Source: Elusimicrobiota bacterium | Lineage (GTDB): Bacteria; Elusimicrobiota; Elusimicrobia; FEN-1173 | Assembly (NCBI GenBank): GCA_016788905.1 | Contig: JAEURZ010000001.1 | Location: forward strand, 118,944-182,943 | DNA length: 64,000 nt | Direction of reading: 5' to 3' | Shown: positions 9,081-18,812 of the stretch, piece by piece | Numbering within the stretch: position 1 is the first letter of the stretch | Layout: every line of letters begins with the position of its first letter | Translations under genes and position numbers: made by a program | Notes under the pieces: generated by a model | Told to the model about the DNA's origin: nothing | Databases searched by the model: none | Seen by the model: only the letters and a program-made list of their open reading frames with translations

Positions 9081-10883
9081 ATGGGTCTCTCGCGGTTGCG
9101 CCTTTTTTCGGGATTACGGTTTAAGATGGTGGGAGCTTTCGTTGGTGTTCTGATTCCTGCTTTTTTGGTCACTGGTTATTTAACTTTCGACCAGACCTCC
9201 CGTGCCCTTAAACGTCAAAAGCAAGAAGACGAGCTGGTGATCGCAAAAAATATCGCGGCTCAGGTGGAAGAAGTTTTAACCAAAGCGCGGAAAACGGTGG
9301 AGACCACAGCCGAACTCCCAGAAATCAAAAACAATGATCCGGAAGGACGCCTCGCGGCCTTGACCCTTGTGATTAAAGTCACCGAGTTGCTGGACGGGCT
9401 GATCCTCTGGGACTTGAATGGCCGGGCTCTCCTCACCGACGCCGCGGAACCAGACACCCAACGGCTTTTTCCCAACTCAGCCCTCGACCTTTTTGTTCGC
9501 CCGTGCTTAGGCTCGGAGGGCACTGTTGTTTCCGATGTTTATCGTTCTGAGACGGGGGAACCCGCGGTGGGAATTAGCGCCCCCATTCGTGTGGAGGGGC
9601 ACCCGGTAGGAGTGTTAACCGCAGGAGTTTTGCTTAACAACCATTCGCTGGGGGGCATAGAAGAAATTCGAATTGGGAAATCCGGATACGCCTATCTCGT
9701 GGATGCTTTGGGGCAGATTATCGCTCATCCTCAACAGAACCGTCTTTTTGAAGACATCCGACAAAACCCCCCTGTTCAAGAGTTGGCCAAAAAAAGAGGA
9801 CCGGGGGTGACGGACTTCATTAACGCGGAAGGCATCCGCGTCGTGGCCGCCCACGCTCCAGTGGCCGGAACGGGATGGGGTGTTGTGGTTCGCCAACCGG
9901 CCTCCGAATCCTACGTGTACGTCAAAAAAATGTTTTCAGTATTGGGCCTCATCTTCATTCTCATCCTGTGTCTTTCCGTGGTGGCGGGCGTGTTGTTGGC
10001 TTGGCTCCTCACTCGCCCCCTTGCCGACTTGGCGGAAGGTGTCCGTCGCGTAACGTCCGGAAATTTGGGGACCACCGTCCCTGTCACCACCCAGGACGAA
10101 TTGGGCGCTTTAGGAAAAGCGTTCAATGAAATGACCGCACGCCTCCGGCGCATGATCGAGGAAGCCGCCACCGCAGAGAAACGTTTGGCCCATAATGAAA
10201 AGCTAGCCGCCGTGGGACAACTGGCCGCCGGGGTGGCCCACGAAATCAACAATCCGCTCACCGTGATCTCTGGATTTGCCGAACACCTGAAAGACAACGC
10301 ACCCCTCACCGGAAAGAACCGGGCGCATCTGGAAGACATACTTCGAGAAACAGAGCGGTGTCAGAGTTTGGTGGCCAATCTTTTAGGCTTTGCCCGGCAA
10401 GCTCCACCCCACACGTCTCTGGTGGACGTGGAATCTTTGGTGGACGAAACCATTGCCCTTGTTTTGCCCCAAGCGAACCCGATCGGAGTGGGATTCGCCA
10501 TACAGGTGAAGACCCAGCTGCCTCCCCTCAACCTCGACCGTGATCAAATGAAACAAGTTCTCCTTAACATTTTGTTTAATGCCTGCCAGGCCATGCCACG
10601 GGGAGGCCAGGTGACGATCACATTCGACAGCAACGAGGCAGAAGCCATCGTGGAGATCAGGGACACGGGGCCAGGGATCCCTCCGGAATCCTTACATAAA
10701 ATATTTACCCCCTTTTTCACCACAAAGGAAAATGGAACCGGATTGGGACTCGCGCTCAGCTACGCGTTCGTTGAACGTCACGGAGGAAGCCTGCGGGCTG
10801 AAAACCCCCTCTCCGGTGGTGCCTGTTTCACGATTCGACTCCCTCTTCCACTCAAGGAGGATTCCCCTGTCCCCACCCCATGA
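9081..10883 (+). CDS. sensor histidine kinase with a periplasmic Cache-like domain, HAMP, HisKA and HATPase
   Basis: Two TM helices flank a periplasmic domain of about 270 aa. A HAMP-like segment follows TM2. H-box HEINNPLTVISGFAE. N-, G1- and G2-boxes (NLLFNACQAM, RDTGPGIP, GTGLGLALS). Confidence 0.9.
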   Translation: MGLSRLRLFSGLRFKMVGAFVGVLIPAFLVTGYLTFDQTSRALKRQKQEDELVIAKNIAAQVEEVLTKARKTVETTAELPEIKNNDPEGRLAALTLVIKVTELLDGLILWDLNGRALLTDAAEPDTQRLFPNSALDLFVRPCLGSEGTVVSDVYRSETGEPAVGISAPIRVEGHPVGVLTAGVLLNNHSLGGIEEIRIGKSGYAYLVDALGQIIAHPQQNRLFEDIRQNPPVQELAKKRGPGVTDFINAEGIRVVAAHAPVAGTGWGVVVRQPASESYVYVKKMFSVLGLIFILILCLSVVAGVLLAWLLTRPLADLAEGVRRVTSGNLGTTVPVTTQDELGALGKAFNEMTARLRRMIEEAATAEKRLAHNEKLAAVGQLAAGVAHEINNPLTVISGFAEHLKDNAPLTGKNRAHLEDILRETERCQSLVANLLGFARQAPPHTSLVDVESLVDETIALVLPQANPIGVGFAIQVKTQLPPLNLDRDQMKQVLLNILFNACQAMPRGGQVTITFDSNEAEAIVEIRDTGPGIPPESLHKIFTPFFTTKENGTGLGLALSYAFVERHGGSLRAENPLSGGACFTIRLPLPLKEDSPVPTP

Positions 10884-10890
10884 AAGCGTC

Positions 10891-12240
10891 ATGGTCGTTG
10901 ATGATGAACCCGGCATGGGACGCCTGCTTTCCACCGTTCTAGAAGACGCGGGGTACCGTGTTCGCGTTTACCAAGAACCGATCAAAGCCTTGGCGGATTT
11001 CAATCGCAACCCCGTCGATGTTGTGCTGACCGATGTTCGAATGCCTAAAGTGGATGGGGTCGGCGTTTTGGAAGCGATCAAAAACCGTTCCCCCGAAACC
11101 CCAGTCATTCTCATGACCGCTTTTGGAACATTGGACATGGCGGTGAGCGCCATGAAAAAAGGGGCCGCGGATTATGTGACCAAACCTTTTAAAAATGAGG
11201 AAATTCGATCTGTGTTGGGAAGTGTTCTGGAAAAGCAACGGTTACGTGAAGAAAACCATCGTTTGCGTCATGCCCTGGCGGGGCGAGAGGGTTTAGATCT
11301 TTGGGTGGGAGCGAGCGGGACCATGAAACGTGTTCATGAAATCATTTGCCAATTAGCGAAATCGGACACCACCGTTCTCCTGTTTGGCGAAAGCGGAACG
11401 GGAAAAGAATTGGCCGCCCGGGCCCTTCACCGCAACAGCGCCCGCGCTGAGCATCCGTTCCAAGCCATCCACTGCGGAGCTCTTCCTGAAACGCTTCTTG
11501 AATCTGAACTGTTTGGCCACGTGAAGGGCGCTTTTACAGACGCCACAAAAGACCGGGCGGGCCTGCTTGATCAGGCGGAAGGGGGAACGGTGTTTTTAGA
11601 CGAAGTGGGTGAAATGCCCCCCCCCATGCAAGTCAAGCTTCTTCGGTTTCTCCAAGAGAGAGAAGTCCGCCCCTTAGGGGGAGCGAAGCCCCATCGCGTC
11701 GATGTGAGGGTGATCGCGGCGACCAACAAAGATCTCCGTACGGAAATGGCGGAAGGGCGCTTTCGGGAAGATCTTTTTTACCGACTGGCCGTTGTCCCCA
11801 TCACGCTCCCCCCTCTTCGAGAACGGCGTGAAGATATCCCGATCCTCGTTAATTTTTTCTTGGAACGGATCGCCCTTCGGACCGGCACGTCCAAACACCA
11901 GTTCACTCCGGAGGCGATGGACGGCCTGGTGTCATCCCCATGGCCTGGAAATGTTCGAGAATTGGAAAATACTGTGGAGAGAGCCGTCGCCATGGCCCAA
12001 GGCGAACACCTCAGTTTTGAAAAGCAGGAAAACGTCACCCGCTCGCCTCCCCCCTTTCCCCCATCGAAGATTTACCGGGAAGCCAAACGGCAGATTCTTG
12101 ACCGATTTGAACAGGAATTTATCTCCACCCTCCTTCGTGAGACCTCGGGAAACATTTCCCAGGCCGCCGAAATAGCCGGCATGGATCGTAAAAATTTTCA
12201 AGACTTACTAAAGAGACATAACATCCCCCGATCCGTTTAA
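10891..12240 (+). CDS. sigma-54-dependent response regulator (NtrC/ZraR/AtoC family)
   Basis: Receiver domain (VVDDE..., D at LTDVRMP). AAA+ sigma-54 activator motifs (GESGTGKELAARALH, GAFTDA, ESELFGH). C-terminal Fis-type HTH. The ATG at 10891 lies 8 nt past the kinase stop. Confidence 0.9.
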   Translation: MVVDDEPGMGRLLSTVLEDAGYRVRVYQEPIKALADFNRNPVDVVLTDVRMPKVDGVGVLEAIKNRSPETPVILMTAFGTLDMAVSAMKKGAADYVTKPFKNEEIRSVLGSVLEKQRLREENHRLRHALAGREGLDLWVGASGTMKRVHEIICQLAKSDTTVLLFGESGTGKELAARALHRNSARAEHPFQAIHCGALPETLLESELFGHVKGAFTDATKDRAGLLDQAEGGTVFLDEVGEMPPPMQVKLLRFLQEREVRPLGGAKPHRVDVRVIAATNKDLRTEMAEGRFREDLFYRLAVVPITLPPLRERREDIPILVNFFLERIALRTGTSKHQFTPEAMDGLVSSPWPGNVRELENTVERAVAMAQGEHLSFEKQENVTRSPPPFPPSKIYREAKRQILDRFEQEFISTLLRETSGNISQAAEIAGMDRKNFQDLLKRHNIPRSV

Positions 12241-12388
12241 AACGAAAATCTCATCCAGCATCCCCTTTTCGGCCATACGCTCGAGGGTCTGATCGGTTTG
12301 TTGGGGTATTTTTACCCCACATCGCGGTAAGAGTACCCCCATTTTCCACGAAATTCCTCATTATTCTTCTTTAATTCGTATTTTATTC

Positions 12389-12405
12389 TTGGCCAGAGAG
12401 TTGCC
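12389..12405 (+). promoter_or_regulatory. candidate sigma-54 (-24/-12) promoter TGGCC-N6-TTGCC
   Basis: GG at 12391-12392 and GC at 12403-12404 have the exact consensus spacing (TGGCACG-N4-TTGC). The site lies 13 nt upstream of the ATG at 12419 and directly downstream of a sigma-54 activator gene. The leader would be very short. Confidence 0.35.
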
Positions 12406-12418
12406 ATGAGTAAAAGAT

Positions 12419-14323
12419 ATGAAGTTTGGACTGATATTAAGCCTGGCCGGATTCATCCTTCCCTCTTCAGGGAAAACATGTGTGGATGCGATCCCCTCCC
12501 CCACCACCCCCTCCGAACTTAAAAGCCGGGTTGAGGCTTTGCAGGATTGTTTAAAAAACGGCAAGAAGGGAGAAGGGATTGAATCAAAGTTAGCCTGGTC
12601 TTATTTCCAAAACTACGACCTCGAAAATGCCGAACGTCTTTTTAAATTGCTTTCCCGAGACCCCCTGTTTTCTCCCCGGGACGCGGTGGGGTACTCTCTT
12701 ACTTTATGGGAACTGGGAAACGGGGAAGATGCTCTCCGTTGGGCCGTTCGAGGAGCCACAGGCCCCTGGAAAGCCATGTCCCATTTCGTTGAGGGACGCG
12801 CCCTCGAATCAATAGGACGATCCACAGAAGCGATGACGGCGTATGGCCGGGTTCTGGAAGCCGACCCGCTTTTTGCCGAAGTCCGCCCCTACCGGGCACG
12901 GCTTCGCGAGAACACGGGGGCCATAGACGACGCTTGGCGGGATTATGACCGTATTCTTTCGGTTGATCCACGCAACGCCTTCGCTGGAACCGCCAAGGAG
13001 AAGCTGACGGCGCGGTTAACGAAACCCCCCTCCGAAATGGTCCCACGTCGCAAAGTGTTGGATCACCGCGCGGTCATCGCACCCCCTCCCGCCAACTCCG
13101 GACCGATTCTCCGCGTCGGGTTGGGGACCGACGGACGGGGACAAAGCGTCATTCTTGCCAGTGTCACTCTCCAGTGCGCGGGATCTTTTCGTTGGGTGGA
13201 TGAAGAAGGAAATGTCCTCGCCAAGGGCGGAGCCCAAGAACCGTGGCGTGTGATTTTCTCCGAGAACGGGGTCCTCCTGGAGGGACCCGATCAACAAAAA
13301 ACGCTCAAGAAGGGGTTTGTCTCATTCCAGCCGGACCAACGGGATCAGACCATTATTCTTAGGGACCTTTCCATCGCGGTCGGTTTTTCCTGGTCCGGAT
13401 TTGCCGATCGAGAGGTTCGCGGCACAGTGGAAATCCGACCTGGGGCCGCGGGGTTCCATGTGATCAATTGTCTCCCCATGGAATCGTATCTCTACGGCGT
13501 GGTGCCGGCTGAAATGCCGGCTCGATTCCCTTTGGAGGCGTTAAAAGCCCAAGCGGTTCTCGCCCGTTCGTATGCCTTTTTTCAAAGGGATGTCCGGAAA
13601 CCGCACCGATCCCACGGGTACGATATCTGTGACGAACAACATTGCCAAGTGTATGGGGGAGTGCCCCTTGAACAAGCCCGGACCACCGCCGCGGTGGATG
13701 CCACGCAAGGGGACTCTTTGATTTATAAGGGCCACCCCGTGCACGGGGTGTATTCCAGCAACTGCGGAGGACACAGTCAAACGGGATCGGAAATCGGGTG
13801 GGGCTCCGTTCCTTACTGGACCGGAACCCCCGACCGCAGAGAAAAGGACGACACCGCTGCGAACCAAAATAATTTTTATTGCGGTCCTTCGATCTATACG
13901 GAAGGCGTAAAATCCGAGTGGGTCAGGTTTTCTCTCGCTGAGGACGTGGCCGAAAGAGCCCAGAGATTGAAAGACATTGGGGACCTTAAAACCGTGAAGG
14001 TGACCGCCCGCGGTCCCAGCGGTCGAGTCACCGAGTTGACGATCGAGGGGACCAAAAACCTATTGGTTTTAAAGAAAGAATCGGATATTCGGAGACTATT
14101 GGGGATGGCTTCTCTGCGAAGTACATTATTCACCCTTGAACCCCTATTCAAAAGCGATCGCGTGTTTTCATTCCTTATTCACGGGCAAGGGTGGGGGCAC
14201 GGCGTGGGGTTCTGTCAATCCGGCGGAGCCGGTCGGGCCCTCGCCGGACAATCCTTCACTGAAATTTTGACACACTATTTTCCAGAAGCGCAAATCATTA
14301 AAACAGAAAGGAGAAAAACATGA
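12419..14323 (+). CDS. TPR-repeat / SpoIID-LytB domain protein (putative peptidoglycan-remodelling factor)
   Basis: Signal peptide, an N-terminal TPR region, and a C-terminal SpoIID/LytB domain with the hallmark GWGHGVGFCQSGGAG motif. Confidence 0.8.
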   Translation: MKFGLILSLAGFILPSSGKTCVDAIPSPTTPSELKSRVEALQDCLKNGKKGEGIESKLAWSYFQNYDLENAERLFKLLSRDPLFSPRDAVGYSLTLWELGNGEDALRWAVRGATGPWKAMSHFVEGRALESIGRSTEAMTAYGRVLEADPLFAEVRPYRARLRENTGAIDDAWRDYDRILSVDPRNAFAGTAKEKLTARLTKPPSEMVPRRKVLDHRAVIAPPPANSGPILRVGLGTDGRGQSVILASVTLQCAGSFRWVDEEGNVLAKGGAQEPWRVIFSENGVLLEGPDQQKTLKKGFVSFQPDQRDQTIILRDLSIAVGFSWSGFADREVRGTVEIRPGAAGFHVINCLPMESYLYGVVPAEMPARFPLEALKAQAVLARSYAFFQRDVRKPHRSHGYDICDEQHCQVYGGVPLEQARTTAAVDATQGDSLIYKGHPVHGVYSSNCGGHSQTGSEIGWGSVPYWTGTPDRREKDDTAANQNNFYCGPSIYTEGVKSEWVRFSLAEDVAERAQRLKDIGDLKTVKVTARGPSGRVTELTIEGTKNLLVLKKESDIRRLLGMASLRSTLFTLEPLFKSDRVFSFLIHGQGWGHGVGFCQSGGAGRALAGQSFTEILTHYFPEAQIIKTERRKT

Positions 14324-14694
14324 AATACCAATGGATGGGAATTCTCGCTATGACCGGGTTTGCCCTGGTGGGTTGTGAAGGGGGAAAACAAGCGGCTGTC
14401 CTGGCCATGGATGAGGCACGGTTAAATATTGCCGCTGCAGAAAAAGCCGGGGCGGAACGTTTTGCCGTCAAATCTCTGAGCCAAGCCAAGAGTTACATAA
14501 ACACGGCGGATCAAAAGTTTTCAAAAAAAGAATACGGGACCGCTAAAGAAATCGCGGCCCAGGCCAATTCCGAGGCTCTCAGTGCTTCCGTTGAAGCCAA
14601 AGAAAACGCCATTCGAGCCGCCGCAGCGGCTAAGAAATCAACGGCCCCTAAAAAGACACCTGTAAAACCAATCCAAAATCAAAAACGAAAATAG
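14320..14694 (+). CDS. lipoprotein (DUF4398-like), coiled-coil/Ala-Lys-rich
   Basis: Lipobox LVGC at residues 17-20. Low-complexity A/K-rich helical protein. ATGA overlap with the upstream gene. This type is typically found upstream of ompA-like genes (from memory). Confidence 0.55.
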   Translation: MKYQWMGILAMTGFALVGCEGGKQAAVLAMDEARLNIAAAEKAGAERFAVKSLSQAKSYINTADQKFSKKEYGTAKEIAAQANSEALSASVEAKENAIRAAAAAKKSTAPKKTPVKPIQNQKRK

Positions 14695-14709
14695 GAGAGT
14701 CCATAACCC

Positions 14710-15270
14710 ATGAAAACATTCCTGACCGTTCTCTTTGGTGTGATTATTTCTGTAGGGTGTTCAACACGTCGAGCCCCTCAACTGGACACGGATCAGACGC
14801 TTTCCTCCAATCAAGATGATTCAAGGGAGACAGCGTCTGCAAAAGAAGTTCCGAGTCTTTCGGTCGGAACGGAATGGGCATCCGTTCCCAACCTCGAACC
14901 TGCCTATTTCGTCACCGACCGGGCAGACCTCACCGAATCCGCGCGATTGGCCTTGAAACGGAACGGGGTGGTTCTCAAGATCCTCTCTAAAGAAGTGCCT
15001 GGTCTTGAAGTGCTTGTTGAGGGGCATTGTGATGAGCGGGCCACACTTGAATACAACATGGCGTTAGGGGAACGAAGAGCGAATGCCGTAAAAAAATATT
15101 ATGAGACTCTGGGCATTCCAAAGAAGGTCCTTTCCACTGTTTCCTACGGGGAGGAAAAACCCGCTTGTTCTCGTTCCGAAGAAAGCTGCTGGCACTTGAA
15201 TCGACGCGCCGTTACAGTTGTCAGAGCCAAAAATAGTATTCGAATTCCTCTTCACAAATTCGTAATGTAA
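14710..15270 (+). CDS. OmpA-family / peptidoglycan-associated lipoprotein (Pal-like)
   Basis: Lipobox (SVGC). C-terminal OmpA domain (LVEGHCDERATLEYNMALGERRANAVKKYY...VSYGEEKP...NRRAV). Confidence 0.85.
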   Translation: MKTFLTVLFGVIISVGCSTRRAPQLDTDQTLSSNQDDSRETASAKEVPSLSVGTEWASVPNLEPAYFVTDRADLTESARLALKRNGVVLKILSKEVPGLEVLVEGHCDERATLEYNMALGERRANAVKKYYETLGIPKKVLSTVSYGEEKPACSRSEESCWHLNRRAVTVVRAKNSIRIPLHKFVM

Positions 15271-15276
15271 AGTTGG

Positions 15277-15333
15277 GATCATCGATAGCGATGATCTCTC
15301 CCAGAAACCCCAGAAACAATCCGGGTTCTGGGG
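15277..15333 (+). terminator. two tandem stem-loops after pal (possible terminator)
   Basis: GATCATCG-ATAG-CGATGATC at 15277-15296 and CCCCAGAA-N10-TTCTGGGG at 15308-15333. There is no strong U-tract, so this is a weak call. Confidence 0.3.
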
Positions 15334-15442
15334 ATCACGCGTGTTCTCTGAGAGAGGAAGAAACCGGAAGGAGGTGGGCCTCCGAAATTGAACCCAGAAG
15401 ACAGTCGCAAGACGAGTCCTTCAGGTTAGAGGTGTTAACAAG

Positions 15443-16048
15443 ATGTTTGAATCGTTTGTCAAAGGGTGTTGCGCGGGACTCCTATTTAGTTTACCAGCCG
15501 GTCCGGCGGGGATCTTGGTGCTTCGGTCTTGGATCCGCCATGGTCAGCGCGGAGGCCTCCTGGCGACCGCAGGGATGGCCTTTGCGGAGGGGCTGGTTGC
15601 GGGGGTGGCCGCGTGGGGATTGCATGTGGCCTCCCCAGCGCTTCGGGACACCTCAGGATTTCTGCATGGGGTCGCGGGAGTTCTTCTTGTGGTGACAGGA
15701 ATTGGATTCTTGTTTTTTGAGAAAGACGAAAAACGACTGGGACATGGGGAGCGTCCCACCTGGAGGTTCATATGGCCGGCTGGTCTTGTTTTAACGAACC
15801 CAGGCCTCTGGGCCGCTTATGGTTCTTTGCTCTTGGCCATGAAAACAAGAACCCCCACAATGACGGAAGCCTTGGCCACGGGAGCCGGAGCCGGATTTGG
15901 AGTTATACTTTTTTGGGGCGCCCTGGGATCAAGTGTTCAACATTGGAAAAGGAAAAAGAAATTCAATGAAGCCCACGTGACCCTTGTGGCCGACCGAGCC
16001 ACCGGCTATTTATTGATTGCTCTCGGTTTGGTTGAACTGTGGTTATGA
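15443..16048 (+). CDS. LysE/RhtB-family amino-acid exporter
   Basis: 201 aa with six TM helices. The N-terminal PAGPAGILVL....G...G.....G..FAEG pattern is typical of the LysE family. Confidence 0.6.
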   Translation: MFESFVKGCCAGLLFSLPAGPAGILVLRSWIRHGQRGGLLATAGMAFAEGLVAGVAAWGLHVASPALRDTSGFLHGVAGVLLVVTGIGFLFFEKDEKRLGHGERPTWRFIWPAGLVLTNPGLWAAYGSLLLAMKTRTPTMTEALATGAGAGFGVILFWGALGSSVQHWKRKKKFNEAHVTLVADRATGYLLIALGLVELWL

Positions 16049-16678
16049 GGGGTTCGGCAAATCGAAGAAATCGACGAGGCCTGTTTCTAGGGAATATTCA
16101 GCCCCCACAACGAGTAAATCTTCTTTAAGGATCAGAGATTCCAGAATCGAGGACCCGTGACGCAATTGATTCACGGACGCGCGGACATTGGCCCGAACCG
16201 ATTCACCCACCAACTTTTCCACCGCAAGCCCCTGCCCGATCAGGGAAGCGACCGATGGGCGAACCCGATCGATGATGGAACGCATGTTGCGGGAATGGAT
16301 ATTGTTGGGATCCTTGAAATCGTCGAGGGTGGCCAAGACCGCTCCGCATTGAGAATGCCCCAGAACCACGACCAACCGCGTTCCAAACCGAGCCGCCGCA
16401 AATTCGACGCTCCCCACCTGGGAAGGGGCCACGATGTTTCCGGCCACTCGGATCACGAAGAGATCGCCCAGTCCCTGATCGAACACCAGCTCGGCCGGAA
16501 CCCGAGAATCCGAACACCCCAAAATAATGGCAAAGGGTTCCTGCCCTGAGGTCAGTGCCGCGCGCCGTTCCGGGGTGAGATACGCTCCCCCTTCTTGGGC
16601 ATTGGACATGAACCGTTTGTTCCCCGAACGCAACCGCTCAAGGGCTTCAAGACCAGAGATCATCGTTTCTCCTTTCAT
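16043..16678 (-). CDS. beta-class carbonic anhydrase
   Basis: CSDSRVP...VIRVAGN zinc-ligand motif and HSQCGAV. 211 aa. Confidence 0.85.
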   Translation of the reverse strand: MKGETMISGLEALERLRSGNKRFMSNAQEGGAYLTPERRAALTSGQEPFAIILGCSDSRVPAELVFDQGLGDLFVIRVAGNIVAPSQVGSVEFAAARFGTRLVVVLGHSQCGAVLATLDDFKDPNNIHSRNMRSIIDRVRPSVASLIGQGLAVEKLVGESVRANVRASVNQLRHGSSILESLILKEDLLVVGAEYSLETGLVDFFDLPNPS

Positions 16679-16685
16679 CTAAAGT

Positions 16686-17492
16686 TCACCGTTTTTCTAG
16701 AAAAAACTGATCCACTCTCTCTAAAACGGAGAAGACTTCTTCTTGATTCTTAAGAATGTACTGGGCCTGAGTCCGACCCAGGGGAGCGACTCGAATTGAA
16801 ATTCCTTTCGATCCCACGACGCGAAACATATCTTCATCGGTAAGATCGTCCCCAATGACGATGGGATACGGATGATTCAAATGGCGGCTTAACAGAAGCA
16901 GGGCCTCCCCTTTGTCCCAACCCACACGGGGAACGGCTTCCCATACTTTATGGCCCTGTCGCCAACGGACAGGGAGAGACTGAGATCGTTTTTGAAATTG
17001 CCCCAATAACCGCAACAACCGAGGGACCAACGCCGCGTCCACCTCACGGTAATGAACCGCCACCCCCAACCGTTTTGGCTCAATGCGGACGCCTTTCACG
17101 CTGGAAAAAGCGCGACGGCAATCTTTCACCAACTTGATCACAACAGGTCGAAGGAGGAGCGCTTCCCGATGGTTAAAAACGAACCCGGGTCCTCGAATTT
17201 CCATCCCATGGCTTCCCCCATAGGTCAGACGGGGCACTCCCACACGCTTGCGAATGTCGTCCAAAGATCGCCCACTGATAACGGCCACATGCAGAGGGGA
17301 ATGACGTTTCAACTTTACCAAGAGTTTGTACATCCGTGGTCTCATCTGCGCCGTATCAGGAACCCGCACAAGGGGAGCCAGTGTACCATCGAAATCAAGC
17401 ACCAGCAATACGTTCTTCTCCCTCGCCAAACAACGGGTCAAAACAGGCCAAGAGAGCTTTTTTTTCACAGGGGCGTCAGTTTTTTTCTTCAT
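16686..17492 (-). CDS. otsB: trehalose-6-phosphate phosphatase (HAD superfamily)
   Basis: HAD motif I LLVLDFDGTLAP and a C-terminal GDDLTDEDMF motif. Adjacent to a GT20 trehalose-phosphate synthase. Confidence 0.8.
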   Translation of the reverse strand: MKKKTDAPVKKKLSWPVLTRCLAREKNVLLVLDFDGTLAPLVRVPDTAQMRPRMYKLLVKLKRHSPLHVAVISGRSLDDIRKRVGVPRLTYGGSHGMEIRGPGFVFNHREALLLRPVVIKLVKDCRRAFSSVKGVRIEPKRLGVAVHYREVDAALVPRLLRLLGQFQKRSQSLPVRWRQGHKVWEAVPRVGWDKGEALLLLSRHLNHPYPIVIGDDLTDEDMFRVVGSKGISIRVAPLGRTQAQYILKNQEEVFSVLERVDQFFLEKR

Positions 17493-18805
17493 GACGGATC
17501 CGTCTTTTCCATCGGTTTCTCTTGAAGGATCTCGTCGTATTGCGCCGCCAACGTCTTATAGAGATGTTGCGCCCCAGACAAACGGGCCGTCATGAAAGCG
17601 GCCAAAGAAGCCAACATGATCGGAATCAGAGAGTCATGGGAACCCGTCATTTCAAAAATAATGACAAAAGCGGTGATGGGGGCTTGAATGGCACCGGAGA
17701 GGAAGGCCGCCATTCCCACCACCGCGCATCCCGCGGGCGGACTGTTGAACCAATGACCCAAGATCGCCCCGAAAGCCGAACCCATAGAAAGGGAAGGCGC
17801 GAAAATCCCCCCCGCGGCTCCCGCCAAATAACTCAAGAGAGTCGCGAGCATCTTGGCAGGGAAAAAAACATAGGTCCAGGATCCAAATTGACCTTGAATA
17901 AGACTTTGAGCCGCCCCGTTTCCAGGGCCCAAGACATCGGGGCCCCCAATCGTCGCCATTAAAAGAACCCCAAAGGAGAGCAGAACGGGGATGGCCATCC
18001 AACCCCACCGCCATTGAATCCCCCGAATCAATTTCGTCCCACGCAACAGCAACGTGGAAAAAAGTGCGCCAGCCCCCCCGCACACCACCCCCACCAAAAG
18101 CGCCATAGGAGCTTTCACTGGAGCCAAGACCGCGGCTTTTCCAAAATAGATGTATTCTCCCGTAAGCGATTTAGCGGCAATGGCGGCACAGATGATCCCG
18201 AGCAAAACGTAATCCTTGATACTTGAAAAATAATCCACTGTTAATTCTTCCACCGCAAAAGTCACTCCCGCCAATGGGGCGTTAAAAGCCGCCGCCAACC
18301 CTGCGGCCCCACCCGCCACCACCGCCGAGCGCATGTCAAAGGGAATTCCGGTGAACCGACGCCCCAGAAGCAGGAGGCCCACAAAGAAACATGTAGCCAC
18401 TTGCACAGTGGGCCCCTCTCGCCCCACCGACGCCCCAGCCAAAACCACAATGTACACCGCTAGAATTTTAATGATCAAGGCCAGGGGAGACACCAAGGGG
18501 AAAATCTTTCTTTCCAAATTTTTGGTGAAATGTTGCGCCGCGAAAATCGCCTGGGGAATTCCGGTTCCAGCGGAGAAGGGAGAAATAAACCGGATCAAAC
18601 AGACGGCCCCGATAAATAGAACCGGGGTGGTAATCCAACACCAAAGGCCGACGCTTCGGTAGTCCAGGCGATGGGTATTCATGAACTCAAAACCCCGCAT
18701 GAACAGATAGCACCCAGCGCCCGTCGCCAGGGCCGCGGTTAAGTAAAGGGCGAGCGTCACCACTTGAACTTTACGTCGCTCAAACACCCGTAACAACGTA
18801 AACAT
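17489..18805 (-). CDS. ClC-family chloride channel / H+-Cl- antiporter
   Basis: GREGP selectivity motif (GASVGREGPTVQ), GIFAPSL and GxxxP motifs. The start is set at ATG 18805 (MFTLL...) rather than 18991, which would overlap otsA by about 180 nt. Confidence 0.8.
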   Translation of the reverse strand: MFTLLRVFERRKVQVVTLALYLTAALATGAGCYLFMRGFEFMNTHRLDYRSVGLWCWITTPVLFIGAVCLIRFISPFSAGTGIPQAIFAAQHFTKNLERKIFPLVSPLALIIKILAVYIVVLAGASVGREGPTVQVATCFFVGLLLLGRRFTGIPFDMRSAVVAGGAAGLAAAFNAPLAGVTFAVEELTVDYFSSIKDYVLLGIICAAIAAKSLTGEYIYFGKAAVLAPVKAPMALLVGVVCGGAGALFSTLLLRGTKLIRGIQWRWGWMAIPVLLSFGVLLMATIGGPDVLGPGNGAAQSLIQGQFGSWTYVFFPAKMLATLLSYLAGAAGGIFAPSLSMGSAFGAILGHWFNSPPAGCAVVGMAAFLSGAIQAPITAFVIIFEMTGSHDSLIPIMLASLAAFMTARLSGAQHLYKTLAAQYDEILQEKPMEKTDPS

Positions 18806-18812
18806 CTTCACG

